Below the pieces are notes generated by a model that made no database searches, was not told the origin of the DNA, and saw only the letters and a list, made by a program, of their open reading frames with translations. Below, in pieces: positions 30,159-40,278 of a stretch of DNA of 64,000 nt. Position 1 is the stretch's first letter. Every line of letters starts with the position of its first letter. This DNA is from Candidatus Hodarchaeota archaeon. Its GTDB lineage: Archaea > Asgardarchaeota > Lokiarchaeia > Sigyniarchaeales > SOKP01. Both the position numbers and the translations under genes were made by a program. The stretch lies in assembly GCA_048886685.1 (NCBI GenBank), contig JBHLKM010000013.1, positions 81,755 to 145,754 on the forward strand, read 5' to 3'.

Positions 30159-31082
30159 TTATATTTTACCATCTTTTATTAATTCTTTAGCATATTCATA
30201 ATCTTCTTCTGTATCCATCTCTACCCATTCTCTCTGAATATCAACTGAATGCATCGAATATCCTCGTAAAATAAGTTCTTCAATCATATCTGTTAAGTAT
30301 GCTTTTTGCATTGTCGTTGCATCGTGAAATCTTCCCTCAAATTTACAAGTTTTATTGTATTTCGCACGATTATAATTACGGATTAAGATTTCTGCACCTT
30401 TTTTTGTAAATTTACCAAGTCCTATGAATTCTCCATATGCAACATCTGGATTATAAAATTTTGATAGATTCTTTATTTTCCCGTGTTCTACAATAGCTAA
30501 TTCAGCTTCGTCTGTAGGATGTTTCATACGTCCTTCATATCTTTTCCTCCAGTCAGTATCTATGATAAAACTAAAATCATGAGGTGAATCCAATAGTTTT
30601 TTAACGACATTTTTACTGTACAAGATATCTGAATAGGTGAAAATAAATCCATCTTTCATTGCCTCCTCAGCATAAAACAAGGATTCGAGAATATTATTGT
30701 TATAATAATCATCATTATCATAGTATGTAATATTTGGTAAGTCAATTTTTTCTTTTTGATATCCTCGAATAATTACAAAATCATCAAGACCAAAATATTT
30801 AAAATTATCCAAAGTCCGTTCAAGAATGCTTTTTCCTTCAATTTCTAATAAACACTTTGGTTTATATTCAGTTAGAGGTCTTAATCTTGTACTTGGGCCA
30901 GCAGCTATAATAATTACTTTCATCTCTTTTACATCTATATTTTCCTCATATCTTCTTACAACGCGCTCTAGAAGCGAAATGTGCTCATTGAATTTTTCAG
31001 ATGTTTTTTTATATCCGACTTTTTTAACACTCTCATAAATCTTCTTAATTTCTTCAGGATCTGTATATTTTCGTGTCGGCAT
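30159..31082 (-). CDS. LicC/PntC-like cytidylyltransferase with ~50-aa N-terminal HTH-like extension
   Basis: IIAAGPSTRLRPLT..KPKCLL, YSDILY, GEFIGL, WVEMDT..DY. Confidence 0.85.
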   Translation of the reverse strand: MPTRKYTDPEEIKKIYESVKKVGYKKTSEKFNEHISLLERVVRRYEENIDVKEMKVIIIAAGPSTRLRPLTEYKPKCLLEIEGKSILERTLDNFKYFGLDDFVIIRGYQKEKIDLPNITYYDNDDYYNNNILESLFYAEEAMKDGFIFTYSDILYSKNVVKKLLDSPHDFSFIIDTDWRKRYEGRMKHPTDEAELAIVEHGKIKNLSKFYNPDVAYGEFIGLGKFTKKGAEILIRNYNRAKYNKTCKFEGRFHDATTMQKAYLTDMIEELILRGYSMHSVDIQREWVEMDTEEDYEYAKELIKDGKI

Positions 31083-31362
31083 ATTTTTTTATGAATAGTT
31101 TGATAACTTCAAAAGTACACTTACCTATATAAACTTTTACAATTTTGATCTTCAACAAAAACTTTTATTAGATAGAAATCTATGAAATCTTATATAGGTA
31201 AGCTAATTAAATTTTCACTTAATTATTAGGTATTCTGATTATTATTTGCCTAAACTCAATTATATCATCATTCTTATTCAACAATCTATTAAAACTCTTA
31301 GGAGCGTCAAAAGAAATTTGTTTTTAATTAAATCGGATCTTTAAGAGGAATTCAAGAATTAG

Positions 31363-32865
31363 TTATTTGTAAAATTTTCTAATATGCTTATTAAAATATA
31401 GAGGGAAATACAAAATCCAGACCAGAATTTCCTTCCATCTTTGCAATAGAAGTTTTCTTCGCTTGATTAAAGATCTGATTACAAATTTCAAATAACCTGT
31501 GTCTTTAATTTGATCTGATACATTATTTAATTCTGTATCTAATATTATGAATTTTTTCGTGTATTTTTGATATTTCCTTCGTAATTTTTTTAAACCATAA
31601 CCAGTCATTCTATTATAGATTAAGATCGTAATGAGACTGTAATTTTTAATGGAATTGAAAGTATTAACCTCAGATAATTTTATTATTTTATTTTTATTTT
31701 TTAGATTTTCTTTAAGAAATATTACTAATTGAGGAGGGAACTGGTTTGGAATTAGGATGTTCTCAGACTCTAGAGAAGCTAAGAAACTTTGATTATATAT
31801 ATCATTTAAAGTATTTTTTAATATTTCATAAGCTTTTTTTTCAGTTTTTAAATAGAATCGAAACATTTCATTAAAGATTTTTGGATTTGAATTCCTTAAA
31901 TCTAATTTTTCCAATGGGTCTTCACTTAAATTATATAAAGTAAATTTTCCATTAATATTCAGAAGTTTCCACTCATCTTTGGTGATCATCGTTTTTTTAA
32001 TCGTTTGAAACATTAAATAACAGTCTCCTCTTATTTTTCTTTCTTTATTAACATCGTTGTCTTCCTCAATTAATTCCTTGAAAGAAATTGATTCTCTTTC
32101 ATGACTTGCTTCGATATTTAAATAATCAAGAACAGTCTCCATAACATCTATTAAATAAACTTGCCTTTCAATTGTTTTTGGTTGTGTTTTTGTTAAATTT
32201 GGTGGAATTTTAATAAATAAAATTGGGCGCATTGAAGATTGGTGAATATCGTCGAAATGCATTATTTTTCTCTTTTTATATAAATTGTGATCATAATAAC
32301 CATGATCAGAACTAAAAATGAAAATAGAATTATCCCATAAACTTTTATCTTTAAAATAATCTATAGTTTTGTTTAAATATAAATCAGTATGAGGGTCACT
32401 TGCCCTGAAAAATAAAAGAAAGAAATTGTTTTCGCTAGGTATAAAATGTTCCATTTTTTGGATGAAAATTTGATATACTTCCTTCGCATCTAACCAACGA
32501 TCTCCCGGATATAAATTTTTAGTGTAATATGGATTGAGAATATTTTTAGTAATAATTACTTGTTCTCTTCCAAATATAATTGATTGGATATTGTAATTAG
32601 CTTTTTTCAAAGGAGAAATATTATTATCTTTAAAACTCGGAAGTTTATCAATAGAACGATAATAATCAGGAATTAAGTAATAAGGGAATCGCCCAGTTAA
32701 AAATGAAAGAAGAGATAAGTTAGTTGATGGGAATTGAGAAATTGCATTTTCAAAATAAAAGCCTTCCTTATTTTTTTTTAAACTATTGAAGACAGGAAGT
32801 AACCCATGTAAATCAGTTCTTTCATAATTGCAGATTCCATCAATTATAATCCAAAAAATATTCAT
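31363..32865 (-). CDS. Divergent sulfatase-like (alkaline phosphatase superfamily) protein
   Basis: NIFWIIID, FPSTNLS..SFLTG, SSDHG, YNLSEDPLE; no CxPxR. Confidence 0.8.
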   Translation of the reverse strand: MNIFWIIIDGICNYERTDLHGLLPVFNSLKKNKEGFYFENAISQFPSTNLSLLSFLTGRFPYYLIPDYYRSIDKLPSFKDNNISPLKKANYNIQSIIFGREQVIITKNILNPYYTKNLYPGDRWLDAKEVYQIFIQKMEHFIPSENNFFLLFFRASDPHTDLYLNKTIDYFKDKSLWDNSIFIFSSDHGYYDHNLYKKRKIMHFDDIHQSSMRPILFIKIPPNLTKTQPKTIERQVYLIDVMETVLDYLNIEASHERESISFKELIEEDNDVNKERKIRGDCYLMFQTIKKTMITKDEWKLLNINGKFTLYNLSEDPLEKLDLRNSNPKIFNEMFRFYLKTEKKAYEILKNTLNDIYNQSFLASLESENILIPNQFPPQLVIFLKENLKNKNKIIKLSEVNTFNSIKNYSLITILIYNRMTGYGLKKLRRKYQKYTKKFIILDTELNNVSDQIKDTGYLKFVIRSLIKRRKLLLQRWKEILVWILYFPLYFNKHIRKFYK

Positions 32866-33031
32866 TTAGATACCTTCATAATATTTACTTTGCGAGAATT
32901 ACTATTTTCATAAAGAAAATTTTTGAAAGGATAAAAACTTAATTCCTTTTTATTGAATAAGAGATTTAAAATAGCGAGGGAATATAAATTTAAAATCAAC
33001 AATTAATTAATTGCTTCAATTTTCAAACTTT

Positions 33032-34144
33032 TTATTGCTTTAGACATTTATCATAAATATTTAATACCGTTTGAGCACTTTCTTCCCAGGAATATAATTT
33101 AACGCGTTCCAATCCTTTTTTTATTAAAATATTTCGCAATTTATCATTTTCTAGTACTTCTATCATTTTATTTGCTAATTCAACGTGATCAGAATTGTTT
33201 TTTAGAATTAATGCCGCATCTCCTACTATTTCTGGAATAGCAAAGGCGTTTGAAGTAATAACTGGACAACCACAAGCCATGGCCTCTAAATTGGGCATAC
33301 CAAAACCCTCAAAAAAAGAAGGAAAAACAAACACTTCTGCCAAATTTAGAAGTCCAATAACATCTCTTCTAGGGATAAAACCAGGAAAAACAATATCATT
33401 AAGTAAATTTTGTTGTCTGGTAAATTCAATTACTTCTTTATTTTTCCATCCACTTCCTCCTAAAACTAATTTTATTGAATTTTCTTGTTTTTTTAGTATT
33501 TGAAATGCTTTTAGTAGTGTCCAGGGATTTTTTCTCATACTATACCTACTTAAATGAAAAATGAAAGGAGAATCTATGCCATATTTTTTTTTTAATTCTA
33601 TTGGTTTTTTATTATAAACCTTGAAATCATCATCTACGGCATTATATGTGAGATAGATTTTATCTTTATTTACTCGATAATAGTTTATAATCTGTCTTTT
33701 AGTAATTCGAGAAACAGTAAAAATATATTCCAATTTTCGCGCATAATAAGGTCTAATTGTTTTGGCATGCAACCTTTTAATAATATTATATTTACGGGCA
33801 AAATAAAGTTCATATGCACCACCGCCATGAATTGTAGCAATCTTCTTCGGTTTTTTTAACCAGACAGGAGATAATATAGTTAAAGGAGAAAAATGTAATA
33901 TATCAAATTTTTCTTTTCTGAGTTTAGAGGATGCGATAATTGGATTTTTAGATATGATCAATTCATCAGTTCTTTTATAAATCTCCTTATTATTCTTAGA
34001 ATGGTGTATTAGAATTATGTTAAATCTATCATTAATATCCAAGATACGATTTACTAGTTGCCTTAAATGACTACCACTTCCACTAGTTCCTTGATCTATT
34101 GGTTTAGTAAAAATACCAACTTTGGGTTTGTTATTTAACGGCAT
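33032..34144 (-). CDS. GT4 glycosyltransferase
   Basis: RKNP, FPSFFEGFGMPNLEAMACG. Confidence 0.93.
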   Translation of the reverse strand: MPLNNKPKVGIFTKPIDQGTSGSGSHLRQLVNRILDINDRFNIILIHHSKNNKEIYKRTDELIISKNPIIASSKLRKEKFDILHFSPLTILSPVWLKKPKKIATIHGGGAYELYFARKYNIIKRLHAKTIRPYYARKLEYIFTVSRITKRQIINYYRVNKDKIYLTYNAVDDDFKVYNKKPIELKKKYGIDSPFIFHLSRYSMRKNPWTLLKAFQILKKQENSIKLVLGGSGWKNKEVIEFTRQQNLLNDIVFPGFIPRRDVIGLLNLAEVFVFPSFFEGFGMPNLEAMACGCPVITSNAFAIPEIVGDAALILKNNSDHVELANKMIEVLENDKLRNILIKKGLERVKLYSWEESAQTVLNIYDKCLKQ

Positions 34145-34177
34145 ATATCTTCATTAATCTTAATTTGCTCACCAATT

Positions 34178-34990
34178 CTACTTAGATTGTTGAATGGCAA
34201 TGATATCTTTTGTAATACTTCTTGATTTGATAATAATAAATGATGAAAAAACAAGAGACATAAACACAAAATAACAAATCATGATGATTTCTAATATCTG
34301 AAAATGACCAGAATATATAAATATTATATTCCCAACAAAAAACACTGTCGTAATGAGATGAGTATGACTAAAAGCATTGATAAGATTAAATATAATTTTT
34401 TTTATCAGCTTGAAAAAACTTTTTGAGGATTTTTCTTGGTTAACTTCTTCTTTTTGATTAATTATCTCTTTTACCTCTTTCTTGGTAGAAGCTATAATAG
34501 CTATCTTTCGAACCGTTCTTATTCCTAATATAAATATTGTCGTAAGAAAACCAAATATTATGTATAGAAATTCTGAATTAATTCTATAAATATTAAATCC
34601 AAAAGAAGAGAAAAAGCATCCCAAAAAGATAAAATGGCACACTTGATCATAATACATCCCTTTTATTGACACCTGTTTTTTATATCTTGCTACTTCTCCA
34701 TCGATTTCATCACTAAGAAAGTATAGATATAGTAAAATAAAACCAACGATAATGAATAAGCTATTACCAAATCCTATAAATAATAACCCAAGTAAGCCAA
34801 TCATACAACCAAAAATAGTGACGAAATTTGCAGTAATAGGCGTTTTTACTAAAATCCATGTTATATATTTGGATATAAATGTAAATGGATAATGCCACCA
34901 ATCATTTCTTCTTTTTCTATCTTCCAGTTTTTTACCTTGAGTTATCTCTTTGAATTCTTTAAAGCTTTGAGATGTCATTTTAATCTTCAA
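34178..34990 (-). CDS. CDP-alcohol phosphotransferase family protein
   Basis: TANFVT, DEIDGEVAR-x8-G-x3-D; TM helices. Confidence 0.9.
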   Translation of the reverse strand: MKIKMTSQSFKEFKEITQGKKLEDRKRRNDWWHYPFTFISKYITWILVKTPITANFVTIFGCMIGLLGLLFIGFGNSLFIIVGFILLYLYFLSDEIDGEVARYKKQVSIKGMYYDQVCHFIFLGCFFSSFGFNIYRINSEFLYIIFGFLTTIFILGIRTVRKIAIIASTKKEVKEIINQKEEVNQEKSSKSFFKLIKKIIFNLINAFSHTHLITTVFFVGNIIFIYSGHFQILEIIMICYFVFMSLVFSSFIIIKSRSITKDIIAIQQSK

Positions 34991-35287
34991 TTTTTCTTTA
35001 ATGATTCAATAAAATGATTTTAAACATAATAATTAACTTGAAATAAAATCAATTAGAAAACTTGAAATCCTACTGATTTTTGTTGTGAATCTAATCATTC
35101 AAATTTACCTTGAATCTTATTATTCTCCTATATAATGCAGAAAAATATTTTAAAAATATATTTTTTATTAATTTGGTTCTAATTACATTCTGAAACTTTA
35201 AGATTCATAAAATCATAAATTTAATTTTATAATAACAATTCCCAATTTAAAATAATTTAGATTCTGCAATTCTTTTTAATTCTTGCA

Positions 35288-36937
35288 ATGTCAATTGAAG
35301 ATAATAACCCATTACATGACAATAAAGAGTATAAAAATCTAGCTAGGAACACTTTTTATGCTTTTTTAATGAATTATGGATCACATTTTTTTACATTTAT
35401 AATCTCTTTTCTATTGGCACGATTGATTACAGATGCAAATTGGCAATTCCTAATATTAGCACTCTCTTATATGGCAATTATTACAATTATAACCTCATTA
35501 TTACCACCAGGTCAAGATTATTCCCTGAATTATTATATTCCAAGATATCTTGCTTTAAATCAAAAATCAAAAATCAAATCTTTGATTAAAAATGCATTTA
35601 TTATAAAAATTTTATTTCTAATTCCTGTTTTTATTGTAAGTATCATCATCTTTTCTGTTTTTGCTGATATTTTCGCAATTAATTTGGAGACAAAAGTAGT
35701 TCTTTTATATATTTTATCACCCGTCATTATCACCAATGGATTAACTAAAATATTGGATGCTATTAACCGAGGTTTTAGTAGGTTCAAATTGCTATTTATT
35801 TTATTGATGGTGAAAAATGCTTTTCACATCACACCTCTATTTCTTTACTACTTCTTCAGAATTGGCATTACTGTAGAAACTATTGCACTAATATATATGA
35901 TATCCTACTTGATTCCTTTTAGCTTAAACCTCTTATTCGTAATAAAAAAAGTTTATAATATTGAATCAATAAAAAGTGAAAAAGAATCATTGAAAGAAGA
36001 TTTCAACAAAGCTATTAGATATGGTAGCTTTATAGGATTTTCTAATATTATTGCAAGACTTTGGAAAGAAGCACAGTTTCAAGGAATTGGCTTTTTTGAA
36101 TCACCAGGTGCGGTAACAGGATACAACATTGCTTGGAATTATAAAGATATAGGAGCCTATTCGGTACATTCATTCAATCTTCCCTTATTAACTTCATTTA
36201 CCAGTCTAAATACTAAAGAGAATTACGATCAAATTAAGAAGATTTTTAAGGTTTCATATAAAATTACACTATTTTTATTATTAATAATAGCTGGTTTCTT
36301 ATTTTTTAGTGTAGATTTTCTAATAGATTTTATTTTTTTAGAAACCCGACTCGTTTATTCAATATTTCTCAAATTAATGTTAATAGCGACAGTATTTAGT
36401 GTTTTAGAGAAATTCGTTCAAAATCTCTTAAATTCAAGTAATAAAGTCAAAATACCTTTTCTGTTAAAAATATTTGATATGTCCTATTCTGTACCACTCT
36501 TCTTCATTGGACTGATATATTTTGGAGTTGAGGGAGCTATAATCTTTGGATTGATAATAGGATTTATTATATCTACAATAATCCAAATCATAGCAACTCG
36601 AAGATTTGGAAATGTTACGCTAAATATTAGGAAGATTTTTGTTCAATATTTATCATTCTTTATACCTTTGGGTATAACTATGGTTTTTGAATTCTTATTA
36701 TTCAAGAGAATGAGTTTTAGAATAATCGAAGGTCTAGGACTCTCACTCTTTAAAAACTTTGATTTTTTTTCAATAGGAACCTTTATTATACTCTTCGTTT
36801 CAATGAATTTAGTTTTAAAAACAGTTACCTCTGCCGATATCGAAATCTTTGAGTCCCTTTTAAATAAAGATCGATCTATTGATAGAATTCTAATTAAAGG
36901 TCTTAACCTTTTAAAAAAATTTACAAGAAAACAGTAA
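35288..36937 (+). CDS. Wzx/MOP-superfamily oligosaccharide flippase
   Basis: About 14 hydrophobic segments, LARNT...LARL start, GVEGA; glycan cluster context. Confidence 0.85.
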   Translation: MSIEDNNPLHDNKEYKNLARNTFYAFLMNYGSHFFTFIISFLLARLITDANWQFLILALSYMAIITIITSLLPPGQDYSLNYYIPRYLALNQKSKIKSLIKNAFIIKILFLIPVFIVSIIIFSVFADIFAINLETKVVLLYILSPVIITNGLTKILDAINRGFSRFKLLFILLMVKNAFHITPLFLYYFFRIGITVETIALIYMISYLIPFSLNLLFVIKKVYNIESIKSEKESLKEDFNKAIRYGSFIGFSNIIARLWKEAQFQGIGFFESPGAVTGYNIAWNYKDIGAYSVHSFNLPLLTSFTSLNTKENYDQIKKIFKVSYKITLFLLLIIAGFLFFSVDFLIDFIFLETRLVYSIFLKLMLIATVFSVLEKFVQNLLNSSNKVKIPFLLKIFDMSYSVPLFFIGLIYFGVEGAIIFGLIIGFIISTIIQIIATRRFGNVTLNIRKIFVQYLSFFIPLGITMVFEFLLFKRMSFRIIEGLGLSLFKNFDFFSIGTFIILFVSMNLVLKTVTSADIEIFESLLNKDRSIDRILIKGLNLLKKFTRKQ

Positions 36938-36964
36938 AGATAATAGTTGTGAACTTGATTACAC

Positions 36965-38146
36965 TCACCATTCCGGAGACTTGTTTCCTATTAATTTATA
37001 ATTAACTTCAAAAGTTTTAATATTATTCTCCCATAGATATTCTTCTTCAATTTTTCTTATTCCATTTTCTTTAAATTTTTTTCGTAGATTTTCGTCCTTT
37101 AGAAGTCTTTCTATAGACATTGCGTAGCATTTGTAATTTTCAGTTTCACATAGAAGCCCGTTTTTCAAATGAGTAATTAAATCTCTTGTACCCGTAATAT
37201 TACTTGTTACTATTGGAACTTGATAAATCATTGCTTCCATTAAAACACCAGCTAAGCCCTCACCTCTACTGGGAAGAAAAAATATATCTGCTATTTTATA
37301 AAAATTATGAACATCAAATCTATTCCCTACAAATATGACTTTGTCATCTAAACCAGAATTAGAGACAGATTTAATAGATTTTTCTCTCTCAGGTCCATCG
37401 CCGACCACTAAAAATTTGATATTTTTATCCTTTAATAACTGAGCAGTTTTTATGATTAAGTCAATGCCCTTCCTTTTATTAATATGTCCTACAAATAAAA
37501 CTATTTTATCACTATGTTTAATATTAAAAACTTCTCTGATATCTTTATCTGGAGTCTTTGTATCTAAATTGATCCCTGTAGGAGTAACTCTTACTTTATT
37601 CTCAGGGACTCTTATCTTTTCTGTATATTTGAGAAAGGAATTCCCATAAACTGTTATATAATTGGAAGCGAAAAATGCAAGTTTTCCTATGGTTCTATAA
37701 AAAATTTTAAATAACACATCTAAGACATTAGATATCTTAAAAGAATAGGAAGGGATTGTATCCATAGTAAGAATTAATTTTTTTTTTTTAAAAAATAAGA
37801 TTTTTAACATGCAGATTGAAAATGTATTTGGATAGAATGGGACCCAAACATGTATTATATCATTTTCCTTTAAAATCTTCCAACTTTTTTTAAAAAACTC
37901 CCAGTTAGTAGGAATAGGCCAAATATAACCAGAAGATTTCGTCCAGATAGGATATGTTAATAGGTTAATTCCTTTAAAATTGTCGTAATGTCTAGATTCT
38001 TTTCTCTTTATATCAGATTTTTTTCTTGGTGTTAAAATTGATACACTATAATCTTTTTCCTTTAAAATATTCATTATGGCAGAAATTGGTCTTCTGATGT
38101 GAATACCAGTATTCACAAAACATATTCTTTTGTATTGTTTGCTCAC
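36965..38146 (-). CDS. GT4 glycosyltransferase
   Basis: RKGID, VGDGP, PSRGEGLAGVLMEAM. Confidence 0.92.
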   Translation of the reverse strand: MSKQYKRICFVNTGIHIRRPISAIMNILKEKDYSVSILTPRKKSDIKRKESRHYDNFKGINLLTYPIWTKSSGYIWPIPTNWEFFKKSWKILKENDIIHVWVPFYPNTFSICMLKILFFKKKKLILTMDTIPSYSFKISNVLDVLFKIFYRTIGKLAFFASNYITVYGNSFLKYTEKIRVPENKVRVTPTGINLDTKTPDKDIREVFNIKHSDKIVLFVGHINKRKGIDLIIKTAQLLKDKNIKFLVVGDGPEREKSIKSVSNSGLDDKVIFVGNRFDVHNFYKIADIFFLPSRGEGLAGVLMEAMIYQVPIVTSNITGTRDLITHLKNGLLCETENYKCYAMSIERLLKDENLRKKFKENGIRKIEEEYLWENNIKTFEVNYKLIGNKSPEW

Positions 38147-38201
38147 AAATAAGGAAAAGAATTATGAAATATTTATATTATTCTTTTTAAATACATTATG
38201 T

Positions 38202-38993
38202 CTAACTATTTTTTATTGCTTTAATTAAGACAATTGGATTAATATCTTTTAAAAAGTTAATTGGGACAAATCTTGTTCTTATAATTTTAAAACGTAAGCC
38301 TATTTTGCGTTTGATAACTCTCCAATCAAAATTTTTATGTCCAGTCTCTCTCGCATATTCTTTATGTCCTATATATTCAGGTCTTATTTTTGGTCTTTTT
38401 AAAATGATAATTCGAATCAGTTCTTTTAAACCATATTTTGGTCTTTTGAAATTAACCATTTTCCCTATCATAGTCCTTATTAATAAAGAAATGCCAATTT
38501 CAACAGGAAGAGTGCAGATTAATATTCCGTTTCTTCTTAAAACGCGAAAAACTTCATTTATAAATTGATCTGGATTTTTTACATGCTCTAAAACTTCAAG
38601 ACAAAAAACTAAATCAAATTTATTATCTCTAAATGGTAATGCTTGACCATCTGAGCAAGCTAAATTAATCTTTTTTACATTTTTTAATTTATTATCAACT
38701 AAATTTTTTGATTCTCTAATAAATTCTTCATTTATATCATTGGCAACAATTGATCTTGCATATTGATTCAGAGTTGGTAAAAATGGTCCATCAGCACAAC
38801 CAATATCGAGAACTCGGGAATGTTCTGAAAATCTTATGTACTTTAACGAAAAAACAAAAGGAAGATAGGCATAATACCTAATTAGAAATGATTTGGAGTT
38901 ATACAAATAACAAGAGTATTGATCTTTTAAAGATTCATCATTGCTACCATCTGCGGGTACCCTAATAATTCTATATTTTTCCCGTAATTTCAT
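38202..38993 (-). CDS. Class I SAM-dependent methyltransferase
   Basis: VLDIGCADG, LPF...FDLV, EVLEHV. Confidence 0.9.
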   Translation of the reverse strand: MKLREKYRIIRVPADGSNDESLKDQYSCYLYNSKSFLIRYYAYLPFVFSLKYIRFSEHSRVLDIGCADGPFLPTLNQYARSIVANDINEEFIRESKNLVDNKLKNVKKINLACSDGQALPFRDNKFDLVFCLEVLEHVKNPDQFINEVFRVLRRNGILICTLPVEIGISLLIRTMIGKMVNFKRPKYGLKELIRIIILKRPKIRPEYIGHKEYARETGHKNFDWRVIKRKIGLRFKIIRTRFVPINFLKDINPIVLIKAIKNS

Positions 38994-39024
38994 ATTAAAT
39001 AATAACTGAGAAATTTTCTTTTTA

Positions 39025-39993
39025 TTAATTTTTATCTATCTCTATTTGCCATTCATAAGTTTTTCTTAAGCCCTCATCAATAGGAACTTGAGGGGAATAA
39101 TTTAAAACTTTGGTTGCTTTTGTAATATCTGCATGAGTTATGTCCATATCTCCTTTTTTCTTTTCTTTATATTTAACTCTCTTAGGCTTATTAGTAATAT
39201 CATAAATTTTGTTTACTAATTGATTAATACTTATTGGATTAGACAAACCCAAGTTAAATGCTTGACCTGAAGATTCTTTTATTTCAGACGCTAATATTAA
39301 TCCATTTATGATATCTGAAATATAAGTAAAGTCTCTCAATTGTTCTCCATCTCCGTATATTATTAATTCTTTATTCTGTAAAACTAAGTTAAAAAATTTT
39401 CCCACAACCATATCTGGTCTTCCTCTAGGTCCGTATACGGAGTAAAATCGAAGTGAGGTTATAGGTGTTGAATATTCTCTAAAATAATAATCTGCATAAA
39501 TCTCACCGCATAATTTTGATAAACCATAGGGACATATCGGATTTTTTGGATGATCTTCATCTACAGGGGTATAAGTTGGATTACCATAAACTGTAGAAGA
39601 TGATGCATAAACAAACTTTTTAATATCTTTATTTTTTATAAATTCTAAAAGATTTAATAAACCTCCTATATTATTCCTAGTAACTTGTTCAGCATTGTGC
39701 ATTGAATATTGTACTCCCGCATGAGCAGCAAGGTGGAAGACGATATCAATTTTATCTGAAATTTTGCTATAAATTGAGTTATCTAATAAATCACCTTTGA
39801 TTAAATTATACTCTTTTATATTTTCATAATCTTGCGTAACACTTGCTAAATTTTCTTCTTTTCCGGAATAATAACATTGATTAAAGTTATCAATCATCTC
39901 AATATAATTATTTTCTTGTATAAGGGTCTTAAAAAGATGCGTTCCAATAAATCCTGCTCCACCTGTAATTAATACATTTTTATTTTTTATCAT
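39025..39993 (-). CDS. NAD-dependent nucleotide-sugar epimerase (UDP-glucuronate 4-epimerase-like SDR)
   Basis: TGGAGFIG, HLAAHAGV, ASSSTVYG, YGLSK, VYGPRGRPDM. Confidence 0.9.
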   Translation of the reverse strand: MIKNKNVLITGGAGFIGTHLFKTLIQENNYIEMIDNFNQCYYSGKEENLASVTQDYENIKEYNLIKGDLLDNSIYSKISDKIDIVFHLAAHAGVQYSMHNAEQVTRNNIGGLLNLLEFIKNKDIKKFVYASSSTVYGNPTYTPVDEDHPKNPICPYGLSKLCGEIYADYYFREYSTPITSLRFYSVYGPRGRPDMVVGKFFNLVLQNKELIIYGDGEQLRDFTYISDIINGLILASEIKESSGQAFNLGLSNPISINQLVNKIYDITNKPKRVKYKEKKKGDMDITHADITKATKVLNYSPQVPIDEGLRKTYEWQIEIDKN

Positions 39994-40278
39994 TTTAACT
40001 TAAAGTTTAATATTTTAACTAAAAGATTATATAATATATTAAAATAAAATTTTAAGCAGTCTTTAAAGATTACCTAATAAATATTTGGCTTCATGGAAAT
40101 TTTAAGAGATTAAAAGTCTTTTGTTAACTATTAGGATTATAATTTTTTAAATTTTTGACTTAATAGCAATAAATTGTATTTGGGATTCGAACTTAAGAAA
40201 AATTTAAGTTTTTCAAATTTTTTTTAATAATAATTAAAAAGTTTTTGAAATTTTCAAATTTCTACAAATTCTAACACA

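Noticed and set aside
30159-31082. The missing heptose guanylyltransferase HddC
   Set aside because: Motifs (YSDILY, GEFIGL, WVEMD) fit the LicC/PntC type better; not fully excluded
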